Shown here piece by piece: positions 51,629 to 62,200 of a DNA stretch of 64,000 nt. Where the stretch lies: positions 2,464,001 through 2,528,000 of the forward strand of contig CAWAIF010000003.1 in assembly GCA_963782055.1 (NCBI GenBank), given 5' to 3'. The number at the start of each line of letters is the position of its first letter. Position 1 is the first letter of the stretch. A program made the position numbers and the translations under genes. The notes under the pieces were generated by a model. That model did not search any database. It was not told where the DNA came from and saw only the letters and a program-made list of their open reading frames with translations. This DNA comes from an uncultured delta proteobacterium (GTDB lineage: Bacteria; Myxococcota_A; Polyangia; Polyangiales; Polyangiaceae).

Positions 51629-52237
51629 TCACGCGCTGGGCGCGGCGAGCGCCAGTGCGCGGTCGAGCTCGCGCCGGCGCTGCTCCTCGCGCGCCTGGGC
51701 GCGGCGGTTGCGGTCGAGGTCCCGTAGCACCCAGGCCCCGCACTCGGTCAGCCGGTCGAGCTCGGCCTGATCGCCGAACCCGAGCCGAATGCGCATGCAG
51801 AGCGCCTCGATGTGTCTGCGCGCGCTGGCGCACCGCCGCGCATCGGGCCAGCGCCGCTCACCCGGCGCAAGCGCGCCGTCCAGCGCGAACCCCACGTGCC
51901 CCACGAGCACGAGCCCGTAGTACGCCCGCCGAACACGCCGACGCCCCTCGGGCGTGAGCGCGACGATCACCTCGCGCCCGACGCGCCGCCGGCTGACGAG
52001 CCCGATCGTCTCGAGCGCCCGCATCATCTCGCTGATCGTCGCCCGCGCCACCCCGAGCCCTCGGCGCAGATCACTCTGGTAGTGCGCGCACCCGTTCCCG
52101 AGCCGGTAGAGCGCGTCGAGCACATCGAACCGAGCCGCCGTCAGCCCCATCGCCCCAAGCGCCCGCCGGGTGAGCCGGAGCGTCGCGTAGTACGCCCGCT
52201 TGATCGTGAAGAACACCGGATCCAGTCCCGCCATCAT
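51629..52237 (-). CDS. MarR-family winged-helix regulator
   Basis: GLTAARFDVL..QSDLRRGLGVARATISEMMRALETIGLVSR..VALTPEGR. Confidence 0.8.
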   Translation of the reverse strand: MMAGLDPVFFTIKRAYYATLRLTRRALGAMGLTAARFDVLDALYRLGNGCAHYQSDLRRGLGVARATISEMMRALETIGLVSRRRVGREVIVALTPEGRRRVRRAYYGLVLVGHVGFALDGALAPGERRWPDARRCASARRHIEALCMRIRLGFGDQAELDRLTECGAWVLRDLDRNRRAQAREEQRRRELDRALALAAPSA

Positions 52238-52294
52238 CCCCACCCCCCAAGCACCCCCCATGCCACCCCCCCTCCCCACGGATCCCCGCAGAAA

Positions 52295-52326
52295 CGTCGG
52301 AGTGAAAGGACCCTTGCACTTCGACG
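52295..52326. promoter_or_regulatory. Imperfect palindrome upstream of marR (candidate operator)
   Basis: CGTCGGAGTGAAAGG-AC-CCTTGCACTTCGACG, 13 of 15 positions paired. Confidence 0.4.
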
Positions 52327-52473
52327 CTGGGTGTCCGGGGACAGGAAGGGGGACAGGGGGGACAGGGGGGAGGCGAACGGCGAGCCAAGCGAATCGCGTG
52401 GAGTCTTTGCGCAGGAGGGGGCGTCGCGTGCCGCGGGCGGGCGGGAGCCGTCCGCCACGACGGGTTCGGAGGG

Positions 52474-53163
52474 TCAGGCGACCAGGGACTGGTAGGCGGC
52501 GGCGACGATGGCGAAGCGGGCGCCCAGCGCGCGGCGCTCGGCGTCCGACGCGTCGGGGTGCAGGTCGGGGTGGAGCTGGCGGGCGAGGCGGCGGAAGGCG
52601 CGCTTGATCTCGGCGGCGTCGGCGTCGCGCGGGATGCCCAGCACCCGGTGCGCCTCGTGCGCGCTGGGCGAGCCCTCCGAGGGACGCGTCTCGCGCCGGC
52701 GCCGGCGTCCGCGCAGGAACTCCGCCGCCTCGAGCGGCGTGTCCACGAGCGCGCTCCGCGGGGGCCGCAGGGTCACGCGGAAGGAGACGCGCGCGTCGCC
52801 GAGCTGCTCGAGCACGCACAGCCGCGCCACGAGCTGCTTGCGCAGCGCGGCGCCGACGACCTCCGACGAGAGCGCGAAGTCGCGCACGAGCACCTCGCCC
52901 ATCATGCGCCGCGAAGCCATCGCGCGGAGCACCGCGCGGCGAAGCGTGGGCTCGTCCAGGTAGCCCTCGTGGTGAAGCAGCTCGGCGAGCATCGAGGACG
53001 AGCCGTCCAGCTCCACGGCGGTCACCCGCCCGCCGGAGAGAAACACCCGGTGGACCCGCCCGCGGTCCTCGACCAGCTCCAGGGTCCCCGTCGCCTCCGC
53101 CCGGTGCAGGGAGCCGAGCAGATCGCCCAGCGTGGTGGACCGTAGCCGCCCAGGAAGCTGCAT
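52474..53163 (-). CDS. DUF4388-like N-terminus plus C-terminal DnaJ domain
   Basis: IKRAFRRLARQLHPD J-domain motif. Confidence 0.85.
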   Translation of the reverse strand: MQLPGRLRSTTLGDLLGSLHRAEATGTLELVEDRGRVHRVFLSGGRVTAVELDGSSSMLAELLHHEGYLDEPTLRRAVLRAMASRRMMGEVLVRDFALSSEVVGAALRKQLVARLCVLEQLGDARVSFRVTLRPPRSALVDTPLEAAEFLRGRRRRRETRPSEGSPSAHEAHRVLGIPRDADAAEIKRAFRRLARQLHPDLHPDASDAERRALGARFAIVAAAYQSLVA

Positions 53164-53228
53164 CCGTCCTCCGCTACCGGATCAGCCTCTCCCGGGCCAA
53201 CTTCCCCGCGAGCTCCGGCGTCCCCCGC

Positions 53229-53654
53229 TCACTCCCCGACGCGCACCTCGGTCTTCACCTCGACCTCCACCGGGCGGCATGCCTTCCCGCGACACACCAC
53301 CGCGCGCACACGCCCGGTGAGCTCACCTTTGCCGTGCCTTCGCGCCACGACGGCGAACTCCCAGCGCCACCGCTCCGGCCGCGTGTCCACGGCGTCGCTC
53401 GGCGAGAGCCGGCCGCGGAGGGCGACGGTGAAGGGCGGCACCTCCGTCAGCACCACGTCCGCCCACGACAGCGACTCGCCCTCCGCCGGGAGCACCTCGA
53501 CGGAGCAGCGCAGACGCCCCGCGCTGCTCGACGGCGGGCACGTCATGCTGGCCCGCGGCGCGCGCGCGCCCGCGTCGTCGGCCCGGGCCGACGGCTCCGG
53601 AGCCAGCGCCGCGGCTGCGGCGAGCAAGAGGGATCCGACCCACGCCGAACGCAT
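53229..53654 (-). CDS. Secreted hypothetical protein (3' exon of the intron host gene)
   Basis: MRSAWVGSLLLAAAAALA signal peptide; its ATG is made of the intron terminal AT plus the exon G. Confidence 0.7.
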   Translation of the reverse strand: MRSAWVGSLLLAAAAALAPEPSARADDAGARAPRASMTCPPSSSAGRLRCSVEVLPAEGESLSWADVVLTEVPPFTVALRGRLSPSDAVDTRPERWRWEFAVVARRHGKGELTGRVRAVVCRGKACRPVEVEVKTEVRVGE

Positions 53655-54301
53655 TGGTAGATCCTTACACCTTGGCCGCCCTACGGCGGCGGTTGGAGTC
53701 AAGACCCCCTCTCAAACCGTGCGTGCGGATTTCCCGCACACGGCTTACCGGTGGTCTCTCGTGACGCGGCATTACGCGGCCTCCGGGTAGCGGATGGTCC
53801 CGCGCAGGCGGTGGAGCCCGAAGCCTTCGACGAAGTAGTCGCGGGTCCAGCGCTCGGCTTGTCCGGCCTTGAGCTTCGAGCCGGCCCGTTTCAGGCGCAG
53901 CGCTCGAAGCCGTTCGTACACGTACTCGTCGAGTCGGTTGAACTTCACGTCGGCGTTCCCGGTGCGAAAGTACTCGCCCCAGCCACGCAGCACGGGGTTG
54001 AGCTGCGCGACGACGTCGCGCAGGTCCGCGTGGCAGCGTGATCGCGGGGTGAGGTCCCTCACGCGCTGCCGGATCCGCTTCATCGCGCGAGCCGATGGCC
54101 AGCGCTGGAGGAAGTACACGCGTTTGCGCGACCTCTCCCAGATGGACCCGCTCAAGCGTTTCCGCAGGTGGCAGCCGAGGAAGTCGAACCCCTTCTTACC
54201 CCAGGAGAGGTCCAGCTTCCTCGTCTTGTCCGGGTGCAGCTCGAGCCCGAGTCGCGTCATCACGTGCTTCACGCGAAGCTCGGCCTCGTCGACGTCACGC
54301 T
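53653..54301 (-). mobile_element. Group II intron, 3' half (RT6-7 and domain X to 53772, then domains V-VI)
   Basis: LGLELHPDKT, GFDFLG, LNPVLRGW.EYF; domain V AAGCCGTGTGCGGGAAATCCGCACGCACGGTTT; ends CTACCAAT. Confidence 0.92.
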
Positions 54302-54370
54302 TGATGGTTCCGGAAAATCTGAGGGCACCCATTCCGGAAAATCTGAGGGCTCCCGGAAGAGAGGCACCTC

Positions 54371-55927
54371 ATGATGGAATCCCCGGTGATGGCTCACAGG
54401 CGGGTGCATGCGGAGGAGATGCTGCCTCTGCTCAAGCGCCACGAAATCCAGGTCTTGCTTCACGCGGGGCACACCCGCAAGGACGTTGCCGAGCGCACGG
54501 GTACGTCGGTCGCGACTGTTGACCGCGTCAGGCGCGAGGAGGAGGTGGCGGTCGTCGATGACGCCGCGGCGCGTGTGGGTCGTGGCATCGGCCGGCCGTC
54601 GAAAGCCACGCCCTTCGCCGAGCGCGTTCGCACGTGGCTCGCCGAGGAGCCCGAGCTTCCGACCCAGGAGCTGCTGCGTCGCGCGACGCAGGCGGGGTAC
54701 GCGGGACACAAGTCGGCCTTCTACGCCCTGGTCGCCGGCGTCCGCCCACCCCGCGCCGCCCCCGTCGTGCGCTTCGAGGGCCTGCCCGGCGAGTTCTCGC
54801 AGCACGACTTCGGCCACGTCGACGTCACGTTCGTCGGCGGCCGCAAGAAGCGGTTCCACTTCTTCGCCTCGCGCCTGAAGTACTCGCGCTTCGTCGCCGT
54901 CTCCCTCGTCGACAACGAGCGCGTCGAGACGGTTGTGCGCTGCCTGGCGCGCCACTTCGTCGCCTTCGGCGGGTTGCCCCTGATGGCCGTCTTCGACCGC
55001 CCCAGGACCATCGTGAAGAAGTCCGGCAAGGGGCGCGACGTCGAGGAGTTCAACGCCACCTTCGCGCAGGCCATCGTGGACATCGGCGTCGGCGTGGAGA
55101 TGTGCGCGCCGCGCAGCGGCAACCAGAAGGGCTCGGTCGAGCGGCTCGTCGGCTGGGTGAAGAGCTCCTTCTTCAAGCACCGCAAGTTCCAGGACGAAGC
55201 CAATCTCGAGGCGCAGCTCGCCGCGTGGCAGGTCGAGATCAACACCAGGACGCCTTCGCGCGCCACCGGCGAGATTCCGGAAACACGGCGCCAGGAGGAG
55301 CTCGCGCGCCTGCGCCCCGTCAAGGTCTTTCCGGAAAAGCTCGCCCTGCGCGTCCCCGTCTTCGTGGGCCCCACCGCCGAGGTGATGTTCGAGGGCGTGC
55401 CGTACTCGATGCCGCCGCAGGCGACGCATGTCGCCGGCACCCTCTTCCTCTACGAGGAGCGCCTGCACATCGTCGCCGGCCGCTTCGAGGCGTGGCACCG
55501 CCGAAGGCGCAAGGGCGAGCCACCCGCGCCGCTGCCAGAGCATCGCGCCGCCAAGATCGCCGCCGTCCACGGCAAGCGCGCCAAGCTCTACGAGAAGCGC
55601 CAGCAGCTGCTCAACCTCGGCTCCGATGCCCTCGCGCTGCTCACCGAGATCACCCACCGCGAGCCGAAGCTCGCCAGCCGTCGCGTCGAGGACCTCTACG
55701 CGCTGCTCGAGCAGTACGGTGACGACGTCTTGCGCGACGCGATGGGGCGCGCGGTCCGCTCCGGCACCTTGTCCGTCGCCGGCGTCAAGCACGCTCTGCA
55801 GGCGTTGAGCGCCCGGAGGCGCGGAGGCGCACGCCTCCGTGCCGCAGTGGCGCAACCGCGCGGGCGACAGCCTCACCAGCTCGGCTTGCCCTTGGGCCGC
55901 GCGGGCTCGAAGGGAGGTGCCTCGTGA
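54371..55927 (+). CDS. istA: IS21 transposase IstA
   Basis: Identical to the copy A protein except one D/N change. Confidence 0.95.
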   Translation: MMESPVMAHRRVHAEEMLPLLKRHEIQVLLHAGHTRKDVAERTGTSVATVDRVRREEEVAVVDDAAARVGRGIGRPSKATPFAERVRTWLAEEPELPTQELLRRATQAGYAGHKSAFYALVAGVRPPRAAPVVRFEGLPGEFSQHDFGHVDVTFVGGRKKRFHFFASRLKYSRFVAVSLVDNERVETVVRCLARHFVAFGGLPLMAVFDRPRTIVKKSGKGRDVEEFNATFAQAIVDIGVGVEMCAPRSGNQKGSVERLVGWVKSSFFKHRKFQDEANLEAQLAAWQVEINTRTPSRATGEIPETRRQEELARLRPVKVFPEKLALRVPVFVGPTAEVMFEGVPYSMPPQATHVAGTLFLYEERLHIVAGRFEAWHRRRRKGEPPAPLPEHRAAKIAAVHGKRAKLYEKRQQLLNLGSDALALLTEITHREPKLASRRVEDLYALLEQYGDDVLRDAMGRAVRSGTLSVAGVKHALQALSARRRGGARLRAAVAQPRGRQPHQLGLPLGRAGSKGGAS

Positions 55928-56736
55928 GCTCCGACCTCGACCCGCTGCTCAAGCGCCTGCACCTCGCCAACGCGCGCCGCACCTGGCGCGACCTCGTCCA
56001 GCGCGCCGAGAAGGAAGACTGGTCGTACGACGCGCTGCTCCTCACGCTCTTCTCGGAGGAGGTCGCGCATCGCCGCGGCACGCGGCTCGCTCGCGCCGTC
56101 CGCGCCGCCGGCTTTCCCTTCCTGCGCACCATCGAGGAGTTCGACTTCACCTACCAGTCGAGCCTGCGCCTCACGACCATCGGCTCGCTGCTCACCCCGG
56201 ACTTCGTCACCGAAGGTCATTCGGTCATCCTCGAGGGCAAGCCTGGCCGCGGCAAGACGCACCTCGCCGTCGCCATCGCGTACCGCGCGATGCAGAACGG
56301 CTTCGATGCGCTCTTCACGACCGCGGCGGAGCTCATCGACGACCTGTCCGCCGCCAGTCGTGACGGCACCATGCGCGACACGCTCGGGCGCTACGTCAAG
56401 CCTCACGTCCTGGTGGTCGACGAGGTCGGTTACCTTGGCTACGGCGACGATGCCGCCAACGTGCTCTACCACGTCGTCAACGACCGACACATCCGCCGCC
56501 GCGCCATGGTCTTCACCACCAACAAGCACCCGAAGCGCTGGGGGGCCGTCCTGCACGACGATGACCTCGCCGAGGCCATCGTCGATCGAATCCTCGAGCA
56601 CGGTCGGCTGCTACGTCTCGACGGGCCATCGCTCAGGACGAAGCACCTTCCCGAGGACGAACTCCGGCTCGATGACCGAGACACAGGGGCTGTCAGATTT
56701 TCTGGAAAACAGTCCTCAGAATTTCCGGAACGCACA
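55924..56736 (+). CDS. istB: IS21 IstB ATPase (ORF runs past the IS end to 57363)
   Basis: Walker A and B motifs as in copy A. Confidence 0.93.
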
Positions 56737-57535
56737 ACAGACCTACCTCATCGCGTTCATCGACGACGCCACACGGATCGTACCTCACGCGGCCTTCACG
56801 TTCTCCGAGGGGACGATCAGCTACCTCTCGGTGCTCGAGCAGGCCGTGCGTCGCCGCGGCATCCCCAAGCGACTCTACGTCGACAACGGCTCGGCGTTCC
56901 GCTCCAAGCAGCTCGCGATCGTGTGCGCGAAGCTCGGCATCGCGCTCATCCACGCCAAGCCGTACAAGCCCCAGGGCAAGGGGAAGATGGAGCGATGGTT
57001 CCGTACCACGCGCATGCAGCTCTTGCCGCTGCTCCACTCCGCGCAGCTCGTCTCCCTCGACGCGATGAATCGCGCGCTCGCCGCGTGGGTCGAGGGCGAG
57101 TACCACCACGCGCCGCACCGCGGCCTCGGCGACGAGACCCCCGCCGACAAGTGGGCCCGCACCAGCGACGGCGTCCGAATGCCCGCCGCCGACCTCGGCG
57201 ACCACTTCCTCGCCGAGCAGAAGAGGAGGGTGCAGAAGGACCGCACCGTCACCCTCGACGGCGTTGCCTTCGAGGTCGACGCCGCGCTCGTCGGCGAGCG
57301 CGTCACGCTCCGCTTCGACCCGGCGCGCAAGCCCGACAAGCGCAACGTCGAGGTCTGGCATGAGGGCCGCCGCATCGAGATCGCTCGCCGCGTCGATGTC
57401 CTCGCCAACTGCTTCGTCAAGCGCAACTCCGCCACCAGAAGCCTGGAGATCCCCACCGGAGCTGGCGTCGAGCTCCACGAGGGCCTGGCCATGCGCGAGC
57501 TCGTCGACGACGACGCCGACAAGGAGCTGTTCTGA
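56737..57535 (+). pseudogene. Mu/Tn552-like DDE transposase, C-terminal half
   Basis: TYLIAFIDDATR, YVDNGS, GKGKMERWF, Mu-type C-terminal RRVQKDRTV. Confidence 0.88.
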
Positions 57536-58332
57536 TGTACCGCAAGCACTTCGCGCTCACGCGCCACCCCTTCGACAAAGACCTCGCGGCCGACGACCTC
57601 TTCGAGTCCGCCTCGCTCGCCGAGCTCGGCGCGCGTCTGCGCCATCTCGTCGACATGCGCGGCATCGGCCTCGTCACCGGCGACAGCGGCTCCGGCAAGA
57701 CGACGACGTGCCGCCACCTGGTCGCCGGCCTGCACACCGGCCTCTACCGCGTGCTCTACGTCTCGATGACCACGGGCAACGTCATGGACCTCTACAAGTC
57801 CATCGCCTGGGAGCTCGGCCTGCCGACCGAGCGCAATCGCGCTGCGCTCTTCCGGCAGATACGCGGCGAGGTCTCGCGCCTCTGCGCCGAAAACCGCCTG
57901 CGCCCCGTGCTCATCGTCGACGAGGCCCACCACCTGCGCACCGAGCTGCTCGAGGACCTGCGCCTGCTCACCAACTACGCCATGGACTCCGAGAACCGCC
58001 TCACCGTCGTGCTCGTCGGCCATCCCGAGCTGCGCCGCCGCATGAGCATGGCAGCCCTCGACGCCCTCGCGCAGCGCGTCGTCGTGCGCGCCCACGTCCG
58101 CGGCCTCACGCGCGAGGAGATGGGCCCCTACCTCGCCCATCGCCTCCATCTCGCCGGCACCGACGTCCCGCTCTTCGAGCCGCCGACCGTCGAGGCGATC
58201 TACCAGGCGTCGAGCGGCTTGCCGCGCAAGGCCAACGGCCTCGCCCATCACGCACTCTTCGCCGCCGCCATCGCCAAGGCGAAGTCCGTCACCACCGAGC
58301 ATGTCCAGGCGGCGATGCAGGAGGTCGCGTAG
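57535..58332 (+). CDS. ExeA-type AAA ATPase of the Mu-like transposon
   Basis: MYRKHFAL..HPF, GDSGSGKTT, LIVDEAH. Confidence 0.9.
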   Translation: MYRKHFALTRHPFDKDLAADDLFESASLAELGARLRHLVDMRGIGLVTGDSGSGKTTTCRHLVAGLHTGLYRVLYVSMTTGNVMDLYKSIAWELGLPTERNRAALFRQIRGEVSRLCAENRLRPVLIVDEAHHLRTELLEDLRLLTNYAMDSENRLTVVLVGHPELRRRMSMAALDALAQRVVVRAHVRGLTREEMGPYLAHRLHLAGTDVPLFEPPTVEAIYQASSGLPRKANGLAHHALFAAAIAKAKSVTTEHVQAAMQEVA

Positions 58333-58513
58333 AGCCACCCGCACCGGTCACCGACGACGTCGGGGGGCTCGCGCTCGTACCGCGGTGCCCCGGCGTCTCG
58401 CTCTTGTCCCACGGCTCCCACCGCGGGAAGCGATCACGCAGACCGAGAGCGCAGCCCGGTGGCGTCACGACGGAGCGTGGGGCGCTGGCGGTGGAAGAGC
58501 GTGGGAGACAACA

Positions 58514-59046
58514 GCGAGTCGGCACCCTGGCCACCAAGCTCGTCGCCGAGGCCTGCCGCCGTCACGGCATCGCGCCCAGGCAGCTCACGCTGCACGCGGA
58601 CCCGGGCGCCGCGATGCGGAGCAAGCCGCTTGTCGCCTTGCTCGCGCAGCTCGACGTCGAGCGCACGCACTCGCGCCCCCACGTCTCCAACGACAACCCC
58701 TTCATCGAATCGCACTTCAAGACGCTCAAGTACGACCATCACCACAGCGCCCTGGCGTGGATGACGCACGGGCGCGCCCAGGCGCTGCTCGACCGCCGCG
58801 CGCACGTCCTCGCGGACGCCCGCGCCGCGCATCCCGAGCGCTTCCCGCACGGGCCGCCCGCGGCTCCGACGCTGCCCGGCGCCGTGTGGATCAACCCGCC
58901 CAAGGCGGACCGCGTGGCCGCCCCCGAGCCCGAGCTCGGAACCACGCTCATCCTGCCCACGCGACCTGCGCCCATCCCCACTTCGACACTCGTCTCCCTA
59001 CGCTAGACTCCGCGACAGGCTGTCTCACACTCGTTGACAATTTCCG
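58514..59046 (+). mobile_element. IS3-family element, right half (degraded 3' orfB and right end)
   Basis: LTLHAD.G..M, HSRPHVSNDNPFIESHFKTLKY, HPERF, VWINPP; end GGCTGTCTCACACTCGTTGACA. Confidence 0.85.
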
Positions 59047-59236
59047 GATGTGGACACCGTCCGGCCCGGACCGGGACGTCGACGATGGCCGTCCCTTCGT
59101 CGAGGCGAACGGTCCTACTCCCGAGGGAGTATGGACAGGCCGGGCAGAGCATGGTGCAATCGGAGTGCGGATGTTGCTGGTAGCCTGACTTCCGTCTGTG
59201 GCCTGAGCCCTGACAACCAAGGAACGGGGAATCGTG

Positions 59237-62200
59237 ATGTCGCCTCGCCTCGCCTCGCCTCGCCTCGCCTCGCCTCGCCTCGCCTCGCCTCGCCTCGCCT
59301 CGCCTCGCCTCGCCTCGCCTCGCCTTCGTCGTGGTGTTGGTGTCGGTGTCACTGCTGACGTGGGGTGCCTCATGTTCGCCACCTCCGCCGGCGCCCTCGC
59401 CGGCATCTAGCACGGTGCTCTTCGCGGAGAAGAGCATGGCGATCGGGGCTTCCAGTACCGTCGCGGGTGACGTCACCGTCAGGCAGATCGAGCCGCTTCC
59501 GGCGCTCGCGACCCTCGTGTCGGTGGATGGGGGCGCGCCACCTCCGTCGTCCGTCCCGCAGCTCCTCATCGGAGCGTACTCGCACGTCGCCACGGATGCG
59601 GCCTGCAATACAACCGGGACCGTCTCGTCGAACTCAATGGAGCTCGGCGCCGGTGCGTGCGCGGGGGACGTCCGCACCAATCAACTCAGAAATCCGAGCG
59701 GCACGGTCGGCTCGCATGCGCCCTTTCCAACCAAGCCGCTCGACCCTCTCCCGTTCGCCGGCATGCCGACGGGCGGAGCACCGGTCACGGTGGTCGCCTC
59801 GTCATCGGCGTCGCTCACCCCGGGTGCTTACGGGGATTCGACGGTCGGCCAGGGTGGCACGCTGACGCTGGCTGCCGGGAGCTACTCCTTCGGTGCCATG
59901 CACCTCGCCGGGTGGGCGACGCTGACCACGTCGGCGAGCGGTGTCTCCATCGTGGCATCGAGCCTGACGGTTGGGCAGGTCGCGACCGTGACGCCGCAGA
60001 GCGGGCTTCACGCCGGCGCTCTCCAGATCCAGCTTGCCGGCGCGGCGACCTTCGCGAAAGGGGCCTCGGTCAAGGCGCTCGTCGCCGCGCCGCACGGCGA
60101 CATGACCTTCGGTGCCGGCGTGACGGCGGCCGGAGCGTTCGCCGCGTTCACCATCGAGACGAAGGACCACGTGAGCGTAACGCTCGACAGCGGCTTTCCG
60201 CCTCCCGCGCACGGCACACAACAGCTCTCCGGGTACTACGGCCAGCAGCTCAACGGCGCCTTCGGCGCGGTCTCCCCCGTGGAGCGGGACAAGGTCTTCG
60301 CGCTCTCCATCGGCCTGCCCATTCCCAACCTGGCGGCGCTCCACGCCTTCATCGACGACGTCTCGAACCCCCACAGCCCGAACTACCGGCATTTCATCAC
60401 GCCGGCGGCCTTCAAGACATCGTTCGGCGCGAGCGACGCCGACTACCACGCGCTCGAGCGATGGGCCGTCGCGCACGGCCTGACCATCGAGCGGACCTAC
60501 TCGAACAACCTCCTCTTGACCGTGACCGGCACGGCCGCCGTGATCGAGCGGGCGCTCTACGTGAACCTGATGTACCGGAAGGGAGGGCCGTTTGCGCCAG
60601 GCTTCCTCGCGGTGGACCGCGAGCCGTCCCTCAACCTTGGGCCGGCGGTTCTCTGGATCACCGGCTTCACCGACTCGCGCGTTCCGCAAGCGGGCCTCTG
60701 CAACCCCGTGAATCCGGTGCCCGGCGGCGTGTCGGGTGGTCTGGGGTTCCTCTTTTCCGCGAGCGACGTACGTCAAGCGTACCTGGGCAACGGAGCCTGT
60801 CAGCCGCTCACCGGTGTGGGTCAGACCATCGGCATCCTTCAGCTCGAGCCGACTAACCTGGGCGACCGGGCCGCCTTTATCGCGTCACAACCGGCGGGGA
60901 GCGCCATCAACTTCACCGGAAACGTCTCCTTCGTCACGAACGGCAGCGCGGGCGAGCTCAGCTCCCCGAGTGGTGAAGCGGCGCTTGATCTGGAAGCGGT
61001 GTCGGCCATGGCGCCCGCCGCGAACGTCAAGATCTTCCAGACGCCCGTTGGCATCACCAGCCACGCCGACGACGCGTATCACGAGATGGCGACGGACGGG
61101 ACGCTGACGGTCGGGACGAGCTCATGGAACTTCGGCAGAAGCGACAACTCGCAGCAAGCCTTGACCCAGATGGCAGCGGAGGGGATCAGCTTCTTCAACT
61201 CGTCGGGCGATTACGGCGACGTCGGCGATCCGCAGTCGAATCAGGACATGGACGACCAGACGCTCGTGGGCGGCACGTCGATCAGCGGCAGCGGAGTGAG
61301 GACGCTCTTCAACCCCGCCACGAACAAGCTCTTCCTCAGCTACACGCTGCCGTACTGGGCGGGCGAGACCACATGGAATGGCGGGTGTGCCGGCACCGTG
61401 GACAATGTGGCGACCTTGCTCGACGCGACCAACATCCAGAAGGACATCACCGGCGGCGGGGTGATGAATGGGCAGGCCTTCTCCACGTTGGGGCCGCCCG
61501 CGTGCTACTGCTTCCCATCCCCGTCCTGCTGCGGCAGCGGCGTGCCGCTCCCAGGCTACCAGAAGGGCGTCAAGATGAGTCCGGTGGTGCGCGTCCCGGG
61601 CGGGCTTGCGTCCCCTGCCGGCGGCAACGGAGGCTCGACCTCCTTTCGCGACTTTCCCGACGTGGCCGCCGCCGCGGCCAGTTTCCAGACCGTCTTCACG
61701 CAGCCCCAGTGCGCGACGTTGCCGGCGTGTCCGCCTGGCGTCTTTTCCCCGCGCAGTTGCTGCCCGATCATCAACGGCGCTTCCGTGTGCTGTATCGTCG
61801 CGCAGAGCGGCACGAGCCTCTCCGCGCCGCTATGGGCCGGCTTTGCGGCGCTGGTCAACGAGCAGTCCAAGGCCAACGGCAACCCCAACAAGAGTGGCTT
61901 CCTCAACGACACGATCTACCCCATCGGTCTCACCCGGGGCCTGCCCGGCGCCGGCGACCTCTACACACCGGCGTTCCACGACATCGCCGACGGCGTGTTC
62001 AACCAGGATCCCCAGCCCAACACGCTCGGCCTCGGCTTCCCCGCCGTCGGGGGCTACGATCTCGCGACCGGGTGGGGTTCGCCGTCCTGCGCGCTCCTGC
62101 GGCTGCTGAGCAGCGCCAGTCCGCTCACGCCGCAGGCGTTCTCGCAGGTCTACGCGCACATCGAGAGCGGCCCGGACGGCCTGAACGATGCGACCAGCGT

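Larger units (their letters stand above)
54302..56736 (+). mobile_element. IS21-family element, copy B (2435 bp), inverted relative to copy A
   Basis: Same ends and ORFs as 40076-42510; one substitution noticed (55202 vs 41610). Confidence 0.95.

Noticed and set aside
40076..56736. Composite transposon carrying efp and hflX as cargo
   Set aside because: Outer flanks (AGCGT vs ACAGA) do not match; the duplications pair crosswise, indicating inversion of resident DNA
57535..58332. Type II secretion ExeA or a CRISPR-associated transposon TnsC
   Set aside because: It lies inside TSD-bounded transposon ends next to a DDE transposase; no T2SS, cas or CRISPR features nearby
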